Shown here one piece after another: positions 21,299-32,000 of a DNA stretch of 32,000 bases (position 1 is the stretch's first letter; each line of letters starts with the position of its first letter). Position numbers and translations under genes: made by a program. The notes below the pieces were generated by a model. That model worked only from the letters and a program-made list of their open reading frames with translations, ran no database searches and was not told the origin of the DNA. Location: the sequence record CAXMZX020000754.1, one strand, 5' to 3'.

Positions 21299-22168
21299 AT
21301 GAAATTAGCTGTCTATGGTAAAGGTGGTATTGGCAAATCAACAACAAGTTGTAATATTTCTGTTGCTCTTTGTAGAAGAGGTAAACGTGTACTACAAATC
21401 GGTTGTGATCCAAAGCATGATAGTACATTTACATTAACAGGTTTCTTAATACCAACAATTATTGATACATTACAAGCTAAAGATTATCATTATGAAGATA
21501 TTTGGCCAGAAGATGTTATTTATCAAGGTTATGGTGGTGTTGACTGTGTTGAAGCAGGTGGACCTCCCGCTGGAGCAGGCTGTGGTGGATATGTAGTAGG
21601 AGAAACTGTAAAACTTTTAAAAGAATTAAATGCATTTGATGAGTATGATGTTATTTTATTTGACGTCTTAGGTGATGTAGTCTGTGGTGGTTTTGCTGCA
21701 CCATTGAATTACGCTGATTATTGCTTAATTGTAACTGATAATGGTTTTGATGCTTTATTTGCGGCTAATAGAATTGCTGCGTCAGTTAGGGAAAAAGCAA
21801 GAACACATGCTTTAAGACTTGCAGGACTTATCGGTAATAGAACAGCTACTAGAGATTTAATTGATAAATATATCGATGCTGTTCCAATGCCTGTTTTAGA
21901 AGTGTTACCTCTTATTGAAGATATTAGGGTATCCCGTGTAAAGGGTAAGACTCTATTTGAAATGACAGAATTTGATAGTTCTTTATGCTATATTTGTGAT
22001 TATTATTTAAATATCGCCGATCAACTTATAGCACAGCCTGAAGGTGTTGTTCCGAAAGAAGCGGCTGATAGAGAATTATTTAGTTTACTTTCAGATTTTT
22101 ATTTAAACCCCACTACAAAAGAAACGGAAAGTAACGTGTTTGAAGATGCTTTTGATGAAATTGGATAA
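21299..22168 (+). CDS. chlL: Light-independent protochlorophyllide reductase, iron protein (ATP-binding subunit)
   Basis: 289 aa starting [19 protein letters not shown] (P-loop), with the [4Fe-4S] ligand cysteines in context ([10 protein letters not shown] and VVCGGFA). aaggag lies 6 nt upstream of the ATG. Confidence 0.97.
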   Translation: MKLAVYGKGGIGKSTTSCNISVALCRRGKRVLQIGCDPKHDSTFTLTGFLIPTIIDTLQAKDYHYEDIWPEDVIYQGYGGVDCVEAGGPPAGAGCGGYVVGETVKLLKELNAFDEYDVILFDVLGDVVCGGFAAPLNYADYCLIVTDNGFDALFAANRIAASVREKARTHALRLAGLIGNRTATRDLIDKYIDAVPMPVLEVLPLIEDIRVSRVKGKTLFEMTEFDSSLCYICDYYLNIADQLIAQPEGVVPKEAADRELFSLLSDFYLNPTTKETESNVFEDAFDEIG

Positions 22169-22192
22169 TCGCTCAAGCAAAGTTAAAAATAT

Positions 22193-22231
22193 AATGTATA
22201 TAATTTGTTTATATAATAAATTATATACATT
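22193..22231 (+). terminator. 14-bp perfect stem / 11-nt loop intercistronic hairpin between chlL and chlN
   Basis: aatgtatataattt (22193-22206) pairs with aaattatatacatt (22218-22231), all 14 pairs checked. Confidence 0.5.
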
Positions 22232-22245
22232 TATAAATGATTTAG

Positions 22246-23679
<1,434 letters not shown>

Positions 23680-23683
23680 TATT

Positions 23684-23728
23684 GTTATAATTGAATATTT
23701 ATATAAGAATAAAATATTCAATTATAAC
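23684..23728 (+). terminator. 17-bp perfect stem / 11-nt loop hairpin starting 5 nt after the chlN stop
   Basis: gttataattgaatattt (23684-23700) is the exact reverse complement of aaatattcaattataac (23712-23728). Confidence 0.55.
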
Positions 23729-23754
23729 TGATAAACATATATTTAAAAATGTGA

Positions 23755-23783
23755 TAGACAAATTTTAAATATTTATGTACTAT
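23755..23783 (+). promoter_or_regulatory. Candidate sigma70-type promoter for psaF-psaJ
   Basis: TAGACA (23755-23760), 17 nt, TACTAT (23778-23783), about 90 nt upstream of the psaF ATG. Sequence match only. Confidence 0.3.
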
Positions 23784-23872
23784 ACTGATACATATACATA
23801 TTTCTATATTCTTCGTAATGTGGAAAATTTATTTTTTATTAAAATCTATAGTTTTTAAGCTTCCTATAAACA

Positions 23873-24430
23873 ATGTTTAAATTTAAAAAATCATTATTAA
23901 TCTTTTTTTTGACTTTAAGTTTACCTTTTGCCACATTTGCAGACGTTGCAGGGTTAACTAAATGTAGTGATTCCCCACAATTTAATAAAAGACTAGAATT
24001 TAGTGTCAAAAAATTAGAAGCAAGGATCAAAAAATACGAGCCTGGTTCACAGCCAGCATTAGCTTTAGAACAACAAATAAAGAGAACTAATCAAAGATTT
24101 AATCGTTATTCCAATTCTGAATTACTATGTGGTAAGGATGGTTTACCACATCTTATCACAGATGGAAGATGGGACCATGCCGTAGAATTTATGATTCCAG
24201 GGTTAATGTTTTTATATATTACTGGTTGGATAGGTTGGGTTGGTCGTCGTTATTTAAATTATGTAAGTGATATTTTTGCAAACCCAACTGAAAAAGAGAT
24301 TATAATTGATGTTCCTTTAGCATTAAAATTTATGGCATCAGGATTTATTTGGCCACTTTCAGCTTGGCGAGAATTTATTAATGGGAAGTTATTAGTTTCT
24401 GATTCAGAAATTACTGTATCCCCAAGATAA
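23873..24430 (+). CDS. psaF: Photosystem I subunit III (PsaF) precursor with lumenal signal peptide
   Basis: 185 aa. A signal-like N-terminus ([19 protein letters not shown]) is followed by [18 protein letters not shown]..., then [16 protein letters not shown] and GWIGWVGR. Confidence 0.95.
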   Translation: MFKFKKSLLIFFLTLSLPFATFADVAGLTKCSDSPQFNKRLEFSVKKLEARIKKYEPGSQPALALEQQIKRTNQRFNRYSNSELLCGKDGLPHLITDGRWDHAVEFMIPGLMFLYITGWIGWVGRRYLNYVSDIFANPTEKEIIIDVPLALKFMASGFIWPLSAWREFINGKLLVSDSEITVSPR

Positions 24431-24490
24431 AAAATTTATTAGGATTAAATAGAAAAGTTCACTATATATTATAAATTAAGAGGAAAAATT

Positions 24491-24619
24491 ATGAAAAATT
24501 TTTTAAAGTATCTTTCTACAGCCCCTGTATTATTCTTTGCTTGGATGACATTTACTGCAGGTTTTATAATTGAGGCTAACCGTTTTTACCCTGACGCATT
24601 AACTTTCCCAGTTTTTTAA
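24491..24619 (+). CDS. psaJ: Photosystem I subunit IX (PsaJ), 42 aa; below the ORF-track threshold
   Basis: Manual translation gives [42 protein letters not shown] then TAA. gagg lies 8 nt upstream. This is the canonical psaF-psaJ pair. Confidence 0.9.
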   Translation: MKNFLKYLSTAPVLFFAWMTFTAGFIIEANRFYPDALTFPVF

Positions 24620-24625
24620 TAGCAA

Positions 24626-24660
24626 TTAGATAATATGATTGAACTTATCATATTATCTAA
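24626..24660 (+). terminator. 14-bp perfect stem / 7-nt loop hairpin 7 nt after the psaJ stop
   Basis: ttagataatatgat tgaactt atcatattatctaa; the arms are exact reverse complements. Confidence 0.55.
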
Positions 24661-24692
24661 TAGTTTAATAATTATTTTTTTATATAAAAATT

Positions 24693-26303
24693 ATGAATTT
24701 ATATTTTTTCCCAACCGAACAAACTGAAGTAACTTTTCCTGTAAACGATTTATCAACTAATATTACTAATTCTATTAGAACAATTGATGAGCTAAAAAAA
24801 AATCCTGATATTAATGATCTTTTAAATAAAACAGATGACGAACTCACTCCATTATATAAAAAATATAAGGCCAAAACTTTTCATAAAACGAGAGCCCAAA
24901 AAAAATTAAATGAAATTAAAGTTTATTTGATTGTTAAATCCAAAATAGTGAAAGGAGAAAAGGTAATGGTAGCTATACCGATCCGAAACTATGATGATTT
25001 AGGGAATTCAGTCCTGGAAAAATCAAAAGGGCTTATTAATAGTCTTTTTCACGTAAGACATTCTAGTTCTCACTTTCTTCCCACTGAAGACGAAGGTATT
25101 TCCGTTTCAAGGGCTGCCATGGAACTCCGTCGTAATAGGCCCTTTTTCTTAGGTGAGTTACAACCTGCACAATCAGAAGATGAAATAGAGATTCCGCTTA
25201 AAGCCTTGAAGTTACCAAAAGATTATGACATTGATGGTAGTAAAATACCGTATCAACCGTTGCCACGTGCAGAATATGGCTATCTTGATCCTAGTCTCAA
25301 TTATCAAGAAGAATATCTGGAGAAGATTATGAAATATGATTATACTTATTCCATGTTTGATAAGACAGTGATCCTCAATGTAGCTCGATATACTACTGAT
25401 AGTAGAGAGAAAAAATCCTTTTGTGGGCCTGATGGAAAAGCTGAAAATTTATTAGATCGCCTTAAAAAGATTGATCTGAAAGAAATTAGTTTAAAACAAT
25501 TTGATCTGGCTAATGTTCTCTTATTTCTTTTGAACGACAAAAGTCACTTAATTGATAAAAATATTATTCCGGTTTTTTCGGAATTAGGAGATGCGCAAGA
25601 TCTTTTAATAACAGTTCTTGAAGAGGTTAATCAACCATTTCAAGTCCGCAGACGAATTGAAATTGCTAATACTCCAAAATACTCGAGAAGCTTAGAGTAT
25701 CTTGATGACTCTTTTACTTTTCAAAATCATGATTCTCGTTCTGATTTTACTAATGAAATCATAGGGTATATAAAGAAATATATATCAATTATACTAAATG
25801 ATCCAAGAACAGATAATGATTACTATAGTGAAGATAAGTATCAAACAAAAGGCCCATTTCATGTCCCAGATCCAGATATGGAGCGTCATTGGGGGGGGAC
25901 TTATAGATCAATGTCAAAGCTTCCTGAACCTATCCCAAAATGTATTTGGAGAGAAAGCGACTATTCTAATTTTATGAAATTATATTTCCCTGGTCAACCC
26001 GAAGCTTATAGCTGGTTGGAAACAAGATCTATGACTAGAGTTGATAAACGCCTACTTCAAACAAGTCAAGATGTTAAAATAGTATCAATGGGTCTTAATG
26101 ATTTTTTAGAATTCTGGAATAACCATCATCAAAAAAATGCTGACGTTCTATTTATACCGTCTTCAGATTATCTTAATAAAGAAAAATTGCCTCTATTGCC
26201 TAAAAAACCTAGAGATCGCTTTTATGATTATCAGCAAAAATATAGGGGATCAAAAAAATATGATACTGATAATTATAGTTATGACATCAAACTATCATCT
26301 TAA
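24693..26303 (+). CDS. Hypothetical protein, orphan ORF (536 codons from the first ATG; 445 codons from the SD-preceded ATG at 24966)
   Basis: A 1.6-kb open frame in AT-rich DNA, where stop codons are frequent in non-coding frames, is very unlikely by chance. The product is hydrophilic and charged with no TM segment. I recognise no Walker, HNH, LAGLIDADG, GIY-YIG, RT or integrase motif. aaaggag (24951-24957) lies 8 nt before the in-frame ATG at 24966, whereas the first ATG (24693) has no SD. Confidence 0.65.
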   Translation: MNLYFFPTEQTEVTFPVNDLSTNITNSIRTIDELKKNPDINDLLNKTDDELTPLYKKYKAKTFHKTRAQKKLNEIKVYLIVKSKIVKGEKVMVAIPIRNYDDLGNSVLEKSKGLINSLFHVRHSSSHFLPTEDEGISVSRAAMELRRNRPFFLGELQPAQSEDEIEIPLKALKLPKDYDIDGSKIPYQPLPRAEYGYLDPSLNYQEEYLEKIMKYDYTYSMFDKTVILNVARYTTDSREKKSFCGPDGKAENLLDRLKKIDLKEISLKQFDLANVLLFLLNDKSHLIDKNIIPVFSELGDAQDLLITVLEEVNQPFQVRRRIEIANTPKYSRSLEYLDDSFTFQNHDSRSDFTNEIIGYIKKYISIILNDPRTDNDYYSEDKYQTKGPFHVPDPDMERHWGGTYRSMSKLPEPIPKCIWRESDYSNFMKLYFPGQPEAYSWLETRSMTRVDKRLLQTSQDVKIVSMGLNDFLEFWNNHHQKNADVLFIPSSDYLNKEKLPLLPKKPRDRFYDYQQKYRGSKKYDTDNYSYDIKLSS

Positions 26304-26367
26304 TGGGCATCATATCAAAAGAGATACATATATTTATTAATACAATTTTAATAAAATTGCATTAATA

Positions 26368-26439
26368 TTTTTTTTCTTTCTCGATAGATTAAGTAAAAAA
26401 AAATTTTTTTTTACTTAATCTATCAAGAAAGAAAAAAAA
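26368..26439. terminator. 72-nt near-perfect palindrome (36-nt arms) between convergent ORF536 and petA; probable bidirectional 3' stem-loop
   Basis: ttttttttctttctcgatagattaagtaaaaaaaaa | tttttttttacttaatctatcaagaaagaaaaaaaa. Checked position by position, 35 of 36 pairs are complementary; the exception is C26382/A26425. It ends 2 nt from the petA stop codon (26442-26444). Confidence 0.7.
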
Positions 26440-26441
26440 TG

Positions 26442-27389
26442 TTAAAATTTTAATTCTGCAGCTTGAACTTTTTCAAATTGTTTTTTCTTTATTACAAAAA
26501 AGATTTGTGTGAATAAAACAGAAAAAGCAAAAATTATAAAGCCAATTACCCGCATTGGGTCTTGTAAAACAATTTCAACATCTGTTTGACCAAAACCACC
26601 AACATTAGGGTCTTTTGTTAAAGGTTGGTCTATTTTAATATTATCGTTTTTTGAAATAGTTAATGATAATCCCTTCGGGATATTTTGTTTCATTTCTTTT
26701 CCATCAGCCTTTACTATAGTTACAGCAGTGTCACCTTTATTTAAAGTTTCAATTGCTGTAACTTGACCTTCAAAAGAAGAAGTTACAAGATTATTATTAC
26801 TTTTTTCACCCGTTGGGTATATCTGACCACGTCCTCTATTTGCACCTACATAAATTGGATACTTTAAAAAATTAATTTTCTTATTAGTTGCTGGGTCCGG
26901 CGATAGAACTGGGAAAATAATTTCTTGATGTGTATCACCAGTAATTGGGCCAACTACCAATATATTTTCTTGAGTTGCACTATAAGGGGATATATAAATC
27001 CCTTTAGTTTTTTCCTTGATTTCTTTTGAAATCAGGTTATTCGGCGCTAATTTAAAGCCTTCTGGTAATATGACAACTGCACCAACATTTAATCCACTTA
27101 ATTGACCATTCCCTAAAATTTGTTTTGCATCTGTCGGGTAAGGAATTTTTACAGCTGTTTCAAAAACTTTATTTGGTAATACCGCTTTTGGCGACTCTAT
27201 TTGCACAGGCTTTTCTGCCAAATGACAATTTGCGCATGCAATTCGTCCATTAGCTGCACGAGGGTTTGTATATCCTTGTTGCGCATAAATAGGGTAAGCA
27301 GCTGATGGTGTAATAGAAAATGGAATAATACTAATGATAAAAATAAAACTTATTATGAAAATTTTCATTAGTCTTTTCAAAAGTTCCAT
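26442..27389 (-). CDS. petA: Cytochrome f precursor
   Basis: 315 aa with a signal peptide, then the mature N-terminus YPIYAQQGYTNPRAANGRIACANCH (CxxCH haem site) and a C-terminal TM anchor. Confidence 0.97.
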   Translation of the reverse strand: MELLKRLMKIFIISFIFIISIIPFSITPSAAYPIYAQQGYTNPRAANGRIACANCHLAEKPVQIESPKAVLPNKVFETAVKIPYPTDAKQILGNGQLSGLNVGAVVILPEGFKLAPNNLISKEIKEKTKGIYISPYSATQENILVVGPITGDTHQEIIFPVLSPDPATNKKINFLKYPIYVGANRGRGQIYPTGEKSNNNLVTSSFEGQVTAIETLNKGDTAVTIVKADGKEMKQNIPKGLSLTISKNDNIKIDQPLTKDPNVGGFGQTDVEIVLQDPMRVIGFIIFAFSVLFTQIFFVIKKKQFEKVQAAELKF

Positions 27390-27465
27390 ATTGAAATTAG
27401 GTAAATTAAAAAGTTTTGTATTAATATTACTTGATAAAAAGAAGTTAAAGAAAAGAATTAAAGAA

Positions 27466-28272
27466 TTATAATTTTTTTTGTATTAAATTAATTGATGTAA
27501 TACTCCCTAAAAAATATAACAGAAATAAAGCACCAGATAATAATAATTGTGTTATAGGATCTGCTGAGGGTGTTAATATTGCACCTAATATTGTACAAAA
27601 GAGTATCATAGGCCTCCAATAGTTTAACATTTCTACTGGATCAATTATTCTTGACACACTTAGCATAATTTGAACGATTGGAACTTGAAACACTAGGCCT
27701 ACACTAACAAATAAAGTAGATACAAAGCTAAAATACTCATTAAATGACCAAAGTGGTTCAACAACGTCAGAACCATAAAGGATAAAAAAATTTAATGCTG
27801 CAGGTACTAACAAATAATAACAAAAAAATAACCCGAGAAAAAATAAAAAAATACAACCTGTCAATATGAATAGTATAATATTTTTTTCATTTTTAGTTAA
27901 AGCGGGTCTAAAAAAAAAAATGGTTTGAATAATTATTAATGGAGTAGAGAATAATATACCGCTATAAATTGACATCACTAGTGTTGAAACAAAATATTCA
28001 CCTGGTGATAATTGAAAAAATTGTATATCTGCTACTGGGCTCTCTAAAATTTTTACTAATGTCTTAACATTATAAAGTGTTAAAGATGTTACAGTACAAA
28101 AAAAGCTTAAGATATAAAAAAAACGATGTCTTGTTTCTTGATAGTGTTCGTTAAAAAATAATTCTAAATCATCTAATTCCTTAGATAAATTGAATTTATT
28201 AATAAGTCTATAATTCACATTATCTGGAAAAGGAGAAAATTTAAATTTTAATGCTTTAGAATTTTCTTCCAT
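27466..28272 (-). CDS. tatC: Sec-independent (Tat) protein translocase subunit TatC (ycf43)
   Basis: 268 aa with six predicted TM segments, EHYQETRHRFFYIL corresponding to the HL.ELR.R.. N-terminal motif, and LTPSADPITQ near the C-terminus. Confidence 0.88.
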   Translation of the reverse strand: MEENSKALKFKFSPFPDNVNYRLINKFNLSKELDDLELFFNEHYQETRHRFFYILSFFCTVTSLTLYNVKTLVKILESPVADIQFFQLSPGEYFVSTLVMSIYSGILFSTPLIIIQTIFFFRPALTKNEKNIILFILTGCIFLFFLGLFFCYYLLVPAALNFFILYGSDVVEPLWSFNEYFSFVSTLFVSVGLVFQVPIVQIMLSVSRIIDPVEMLNYWRPMILFCTILGAILTPSADPITQLLLSGALFLLYFLGSITSINLIQKKL

Positions 28273-28294
28273 AATTTTTACTACTTATATAAGA

Positions 28295-28693
28295 CTATAT
28301 AAACTTAAAAGCTTTTACTTTAGCTGATGCTATTTTTAACTCTTGAGAAGCATCAATTATTTCTTTTGTTGTTTTTGCTGAATCTAAATCGATTTTGGCT
28401 TTAGCTAAAATCGATTTAGCTTTAGAATAATCTTCTTTTATTACTTCTTCTACTCCACTAATTAAAACTAGAACTTCATCATCTTTAATGACAGCAAAGC
28501 CCCCTAATACAATAATGGGTGTCCATTTTGAATTAGTTTTAATTCTAAGGATTCCGATTTCTAGTGAAGTAATTAAAGGTGCATGCCCTGTAAGTATACC
28601 TAATTGACCTGTAAGACTAGGTAAAACTACGCCTTCAGCAGTAGTATCCCATATTAACCCATCAGGAGCAATTACACGAATATTTAAACTCAT
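28295..28693 (-). CDS. atpE: ATP synthase CF1 epsilon subunit
   Basis: 132 aa starting MSLNIRVIAPDGLIWDTTAEGVVLPSLTGQLGILTGHAPLIT. It starts 14 nt downstream of atpB. Confidence 0.96.
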   Translation of the reverse strand: MSLNIRVIAPDGLIWDTTAEGVVLPSLTGQLGILTGHAPLITSLEIGILRIKTNSKWTPIIVLGGFAVIKDDEVLVLISGVEEVIKEDYSKAKSILAKAKIDLDSAKTTKEIIDASQELKIASAKVKAFKFI

Positions 28694-28707
28694 TTAAAAT
28701 TCCTTAA

Positions 28708-30168
<1,461 letters not shown>

Positions 30169-30352
30169 TTAATATTAAATACTGAAGCCTGAAAAATTTT
30201 TCATTAATCAGATCTACTTTTTAAAAGAAAAGTAAAACCGTAGTTATTTTAGATTAAAAAAAATTTACTCTCTAGGTTATAGAAATAAAAAAAGATTAAT
30301 AAATTTCGATTTATGAAAATTAATTAAATTTAGGTATTTAGAATTCCAACAT

Positions 30353-30862
30353 TTATGCTGAAAGTCGACCTGTAGTCCGCAACCAATTTTGAGCTTCGAT
30401 ATAATTATTTGGTGCAAGATTAACAGCTTGTTTCCAATACTCTGCTGCTTTATTAAAAAGTAATTTAGCAACGTCAATATTTTGTTTTTCTGACGCTTTT
30501 ACACCCTGATAATGATAAATAACTGCAATATTGTTTAAAGCTTGTGGTAAGTTTGGGTTTAATTCTAGAGCTTGATGGTAATATTCTAAAGCTTTTAAAT
30601 ATTCACCATTGCTTGAATAAATTAAACCTATATTGTATAGAATAAAACTTCGATCATAAGGATCTTCTTCAAGCTGTAAAGCTTCATAGTAATTTTCTAA
30701 AGCTTCTGCGTATTCACCTTCAGATTGTGCGGACATACCATCCCTATAATAAAAAAATGCTTGCTTTTCTTCCTTACTGGCTGGAAAAACTTTTAAAATA
30801 ATGTCTGCCATAATTGTAAATGTTTTATCAATGAAGTTATCATTTCTTTGTGAACGACTCAT
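30353..30862 (-). CDS. ycf3: Photosystem I assembly protein Ycf3 (TPR), no intron
   Basis: 169 aa starting [24 protein letters not shown], with [44 protein letters not shown]. This is the canonical Ycf3. Confidence 0.96.
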   Translation of the reverse strand: MSRSQRNDNFIDKTFTIMADIILKVFPASKEEKQAFFYYRDGMSAQSEGEYAEALENYYEALQLEEDPYDRSFILYNIGLIYSSNGEYLKALEYYHQALELNPNLPQALNNIAVIYHYQGVKASEKQNIDVAKLLFNKAAEYWKQAVNLAPNNYIEAQNWLRTTGRLSA

Positions 30863-30937
30863 GATATTTAAAATTTTCTATCTTTTATATTTTATTTCTA
30901 TAAAAAAGTATATGTTTCATTCATGATAATAATATCA

Positions 30938-31261
30938 TTAATTTTCTACTGATGTTACAAAAGGTAATAAATGTAAATATCGAGCTCTCTTAATAGATTT
31001 TGAAAGTTGTCTTTGTTGTTTTAATGTTAAATTAGTTGATCGGCGAGATTTAATTTTACCATGTTCTGTCGAAAAGGCTAATAAAATATCAACTTGTTTA
31101 TAATCAATTGTTGCAGTTGGTTTAAGTTTAAAAGGTTGACGGCGTACTTTTTTATTATTTTCCTTAACTCTAGTATTTTCTTTAAACCTTTCTCTATTTT
31201 TTTCTGTATTTTGATTTTTTAGGTCAGTCCCATTTTTTAAATCTTCTAGTTTAATTATCAT
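30938..31261 (-). CDS. rps18: 30S ribosomal protein S18 with a K/N/E-rich N-terminal extension
   Basis: 107-aa ORF. The conserved core [51 protein letters not shown] occupies the C-terminal ~55 residues. The true start within the low-complexity N-terminus is uncertain. Confidence 0.88.
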   Translation of the reverse strand: MIIKLEDLKNGTDLKNQNTEKNRERFKENTRVKENNKKVRRQPFKLKPTATIDYKQVDILLAFSTEHGKIKSRRSTNLTLKQQRQLSKSIKRARYLHLLPFVTSVEN

Positions 31262-31274
31262 CTTTATTATTCCT

Positions 31275-31511
31275 TTACTTTATTTCTTTTTGTTGAGTGT
31301 GTAAATTACAGTTAGGACAAAATTTTTTTAATTCAAGCCTCTCTGGTGTATTTCTACGATTTTTTGTTGTTGTGTAATCAATCTTTTTTGAACGTCTTTG
31401 TTTTCCTTGTGAATCTTCAGAAACTCTTATTTTTTCATTAGTATTTGATACTTTTTTGCAGTTTGTACATCTTAATGTTATGATAATTCTAGCGCCTTTA
31501 TTTTTTGCCAT
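31275..31511 (-). CDS. rpl33: 50S ribosomal protein L33 (four-Cys form) with an internal insertion
   Basis: 78 aa: [20 protein letters not shown]...[33 protein letters not shown]. The CxxC...CxxC ligands are retained, and about 12 extra residues lie between the first CxxC and the YTTTKN block. Confidence 0.92.
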   Translation of the reverse strand: MAKNKGARIIITLRCTNCKKVSNTNEKIRVSEDSQGKQRRSKKIDYTTTKNRRNTPERLELKKFCPNCNLHTQQKEIK

Positions 31512-31590
31512 AACAAAATTATTAGATTAAAGTATTTTCTTAAGTGATAATTATTAGGGATCTTTGTAACAATAATAATAAGGATATCAA

Positions 31591-31606
31591 TATATATATA
31601 TATATA
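31591..31606. repeat. (TA)8 dinucleotide microsatellite in the rpl33/clpC divergent spacer
   Basis: Direct reading: tatatatatatatata at 31591-31606. Confidence 0.9.
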
Positions 31607-31840
31607 CTATCTTTTAACTTATAGATCAATAGATGTCGATTATTATTAGTATAGTTGTATCGGATATTATATTGCTATTTTAGCCACTTGAAATTTGTAC
31701 CCTTTCATTATAATATTACTAATGATAATATTATTTAAAATATATTTTTGTAAGCAAAGATTTAAATAATATGAAAGTTATAGAAGTAATCAAACAATTT
31801 ATAATCTTATTAATTGATAACACCGTTAGGAGAAAAACTT

Positions 31841-32000
31841 ATGTTTGAACGGTTCACCGAAAAAGCATTACAAGTAATTATGATGTCACAAGAAGAATCC
31901 AGGCGTTTGGGGCACAATTTTGTGGGAACAGAACAGATTCTTTTAGGATTATTAGGAGAAGGATGCGGGGTCACAATTAATGCTGTTAGAGAGTATGGGA
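31841..32000 (+). CDS. clpC: Clp protease ATP-binding chaperone ClpC, 5' end (continues beyond the window)
   Basis: aggag lies 8 nt upstream. The translation [41 protein letters not shown] is the Clp N-domain repeat signature, and the frame is open to the window end. Confidence 0.93.
   Translation, partial: MFERFTEKALQVIMMSQEESRRLGHNFVGTEQILLGLLGEGCGVTINAVREYG

Noticed and set aside
23839-24030. 63-aa minus-strand ORF overlapping the psaF start
   Set aside because: It is antisense to the psaF signal-peptide region and has no independent support.
24680-26340. ORFs 24680-24874 (-), 25346-25540 (-) and 26137-26340 (+), which overlap the orphan ORF in other frames or on the other strand
   Set aside because: All are short and nested within the much longer 24693-26303 frame, which is the far more likely coding frame.
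24620-26441. Target-site duplications or terminal inverted repeats flanking the ORF536 segment, which would indicate a mobile element
   Set aside because: Comparing both flanks by eye showed only low-complexity A/T-rich resemblance (ttaataattattttttt versus attaatattttttt). There are no convincing direct repeats, and the segment encodes no transposase or integrase.
30277-30477. 66-aa minus-strand ORF overlapping the ycf3 3' end in another frame
   Set aside because: It overlaps the conserved ycf3 frame and extends into spacer, with no homology or start context.
31771-31848. 25-aa upstream ORF overlapping the clpC start codon out of frame
   Set aside because: It has no SD and an arbitrary peptide. 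The clpC ATG has its own aggag element. It is probably a chance ORF, although a regulatory uORF cannot be excluded without ribosome profiling.

Overview
This window is a compact, AT-rich plastid genome segment with no introns detected. It is of the red-algal type, meaning either a rhodophyte or a red-alga-derived secondary plastid; the species cannot be named from sequence alone. The call rests on gene content and order. The plus strand carries rpoB (3' end)-rpoC1-rpoC2-rps2-tsf-atpI-atpH-atpG-atpF-atpD-atpA, trnF(GAA), petB-petD, ycf37, psaA-psaB-rps14, chlL-chlN and psaF-psaJ. chlI and psaM lie on the minus strand. A long minus-strand block follows, rpl33-rps18-ycf3-atpB-atpE-tatC-petA, and the window ends with the 5' end of clpC. 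Plastid-encoded tsf, atpD, atpG, tatC, chlI, ycf37 and the light-independent protochlorophyllide reductase genes chlL and chlN together point to a red-lineage plastid. Of 32 protein genes, 31 are standard photosynthesis, ATP synthase, transcription or translation genes recognisable from conserved motifs. Two of these, psaM and psaJ, fall below the ORF-track length threshold and were found by reading the spacers. I saw no rRNA, CRISPR array, transposase, integrase, intron or reverse transcriptase. Most intergenic spacers contain an AT-rich perfect or near-perfect inverted repeat, as expected for plastid mRNA 3' end or processing stem-loops. The only gene-sized element not explained is a 536-codon ORF (24693-26303) between psaJ and petA. 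It has no motif I can assign. Its body is richer in G+C than the other poorly conserved sequence I sampled. It has an internal Shine-Dalgarno/ATG at the point where composition changes, and it is bracketed by two strong hairpins. It is the best candidate for something new here, but its function cannot be inferred from sequence alone. The rest of the window is ordinary conserved plastid core.
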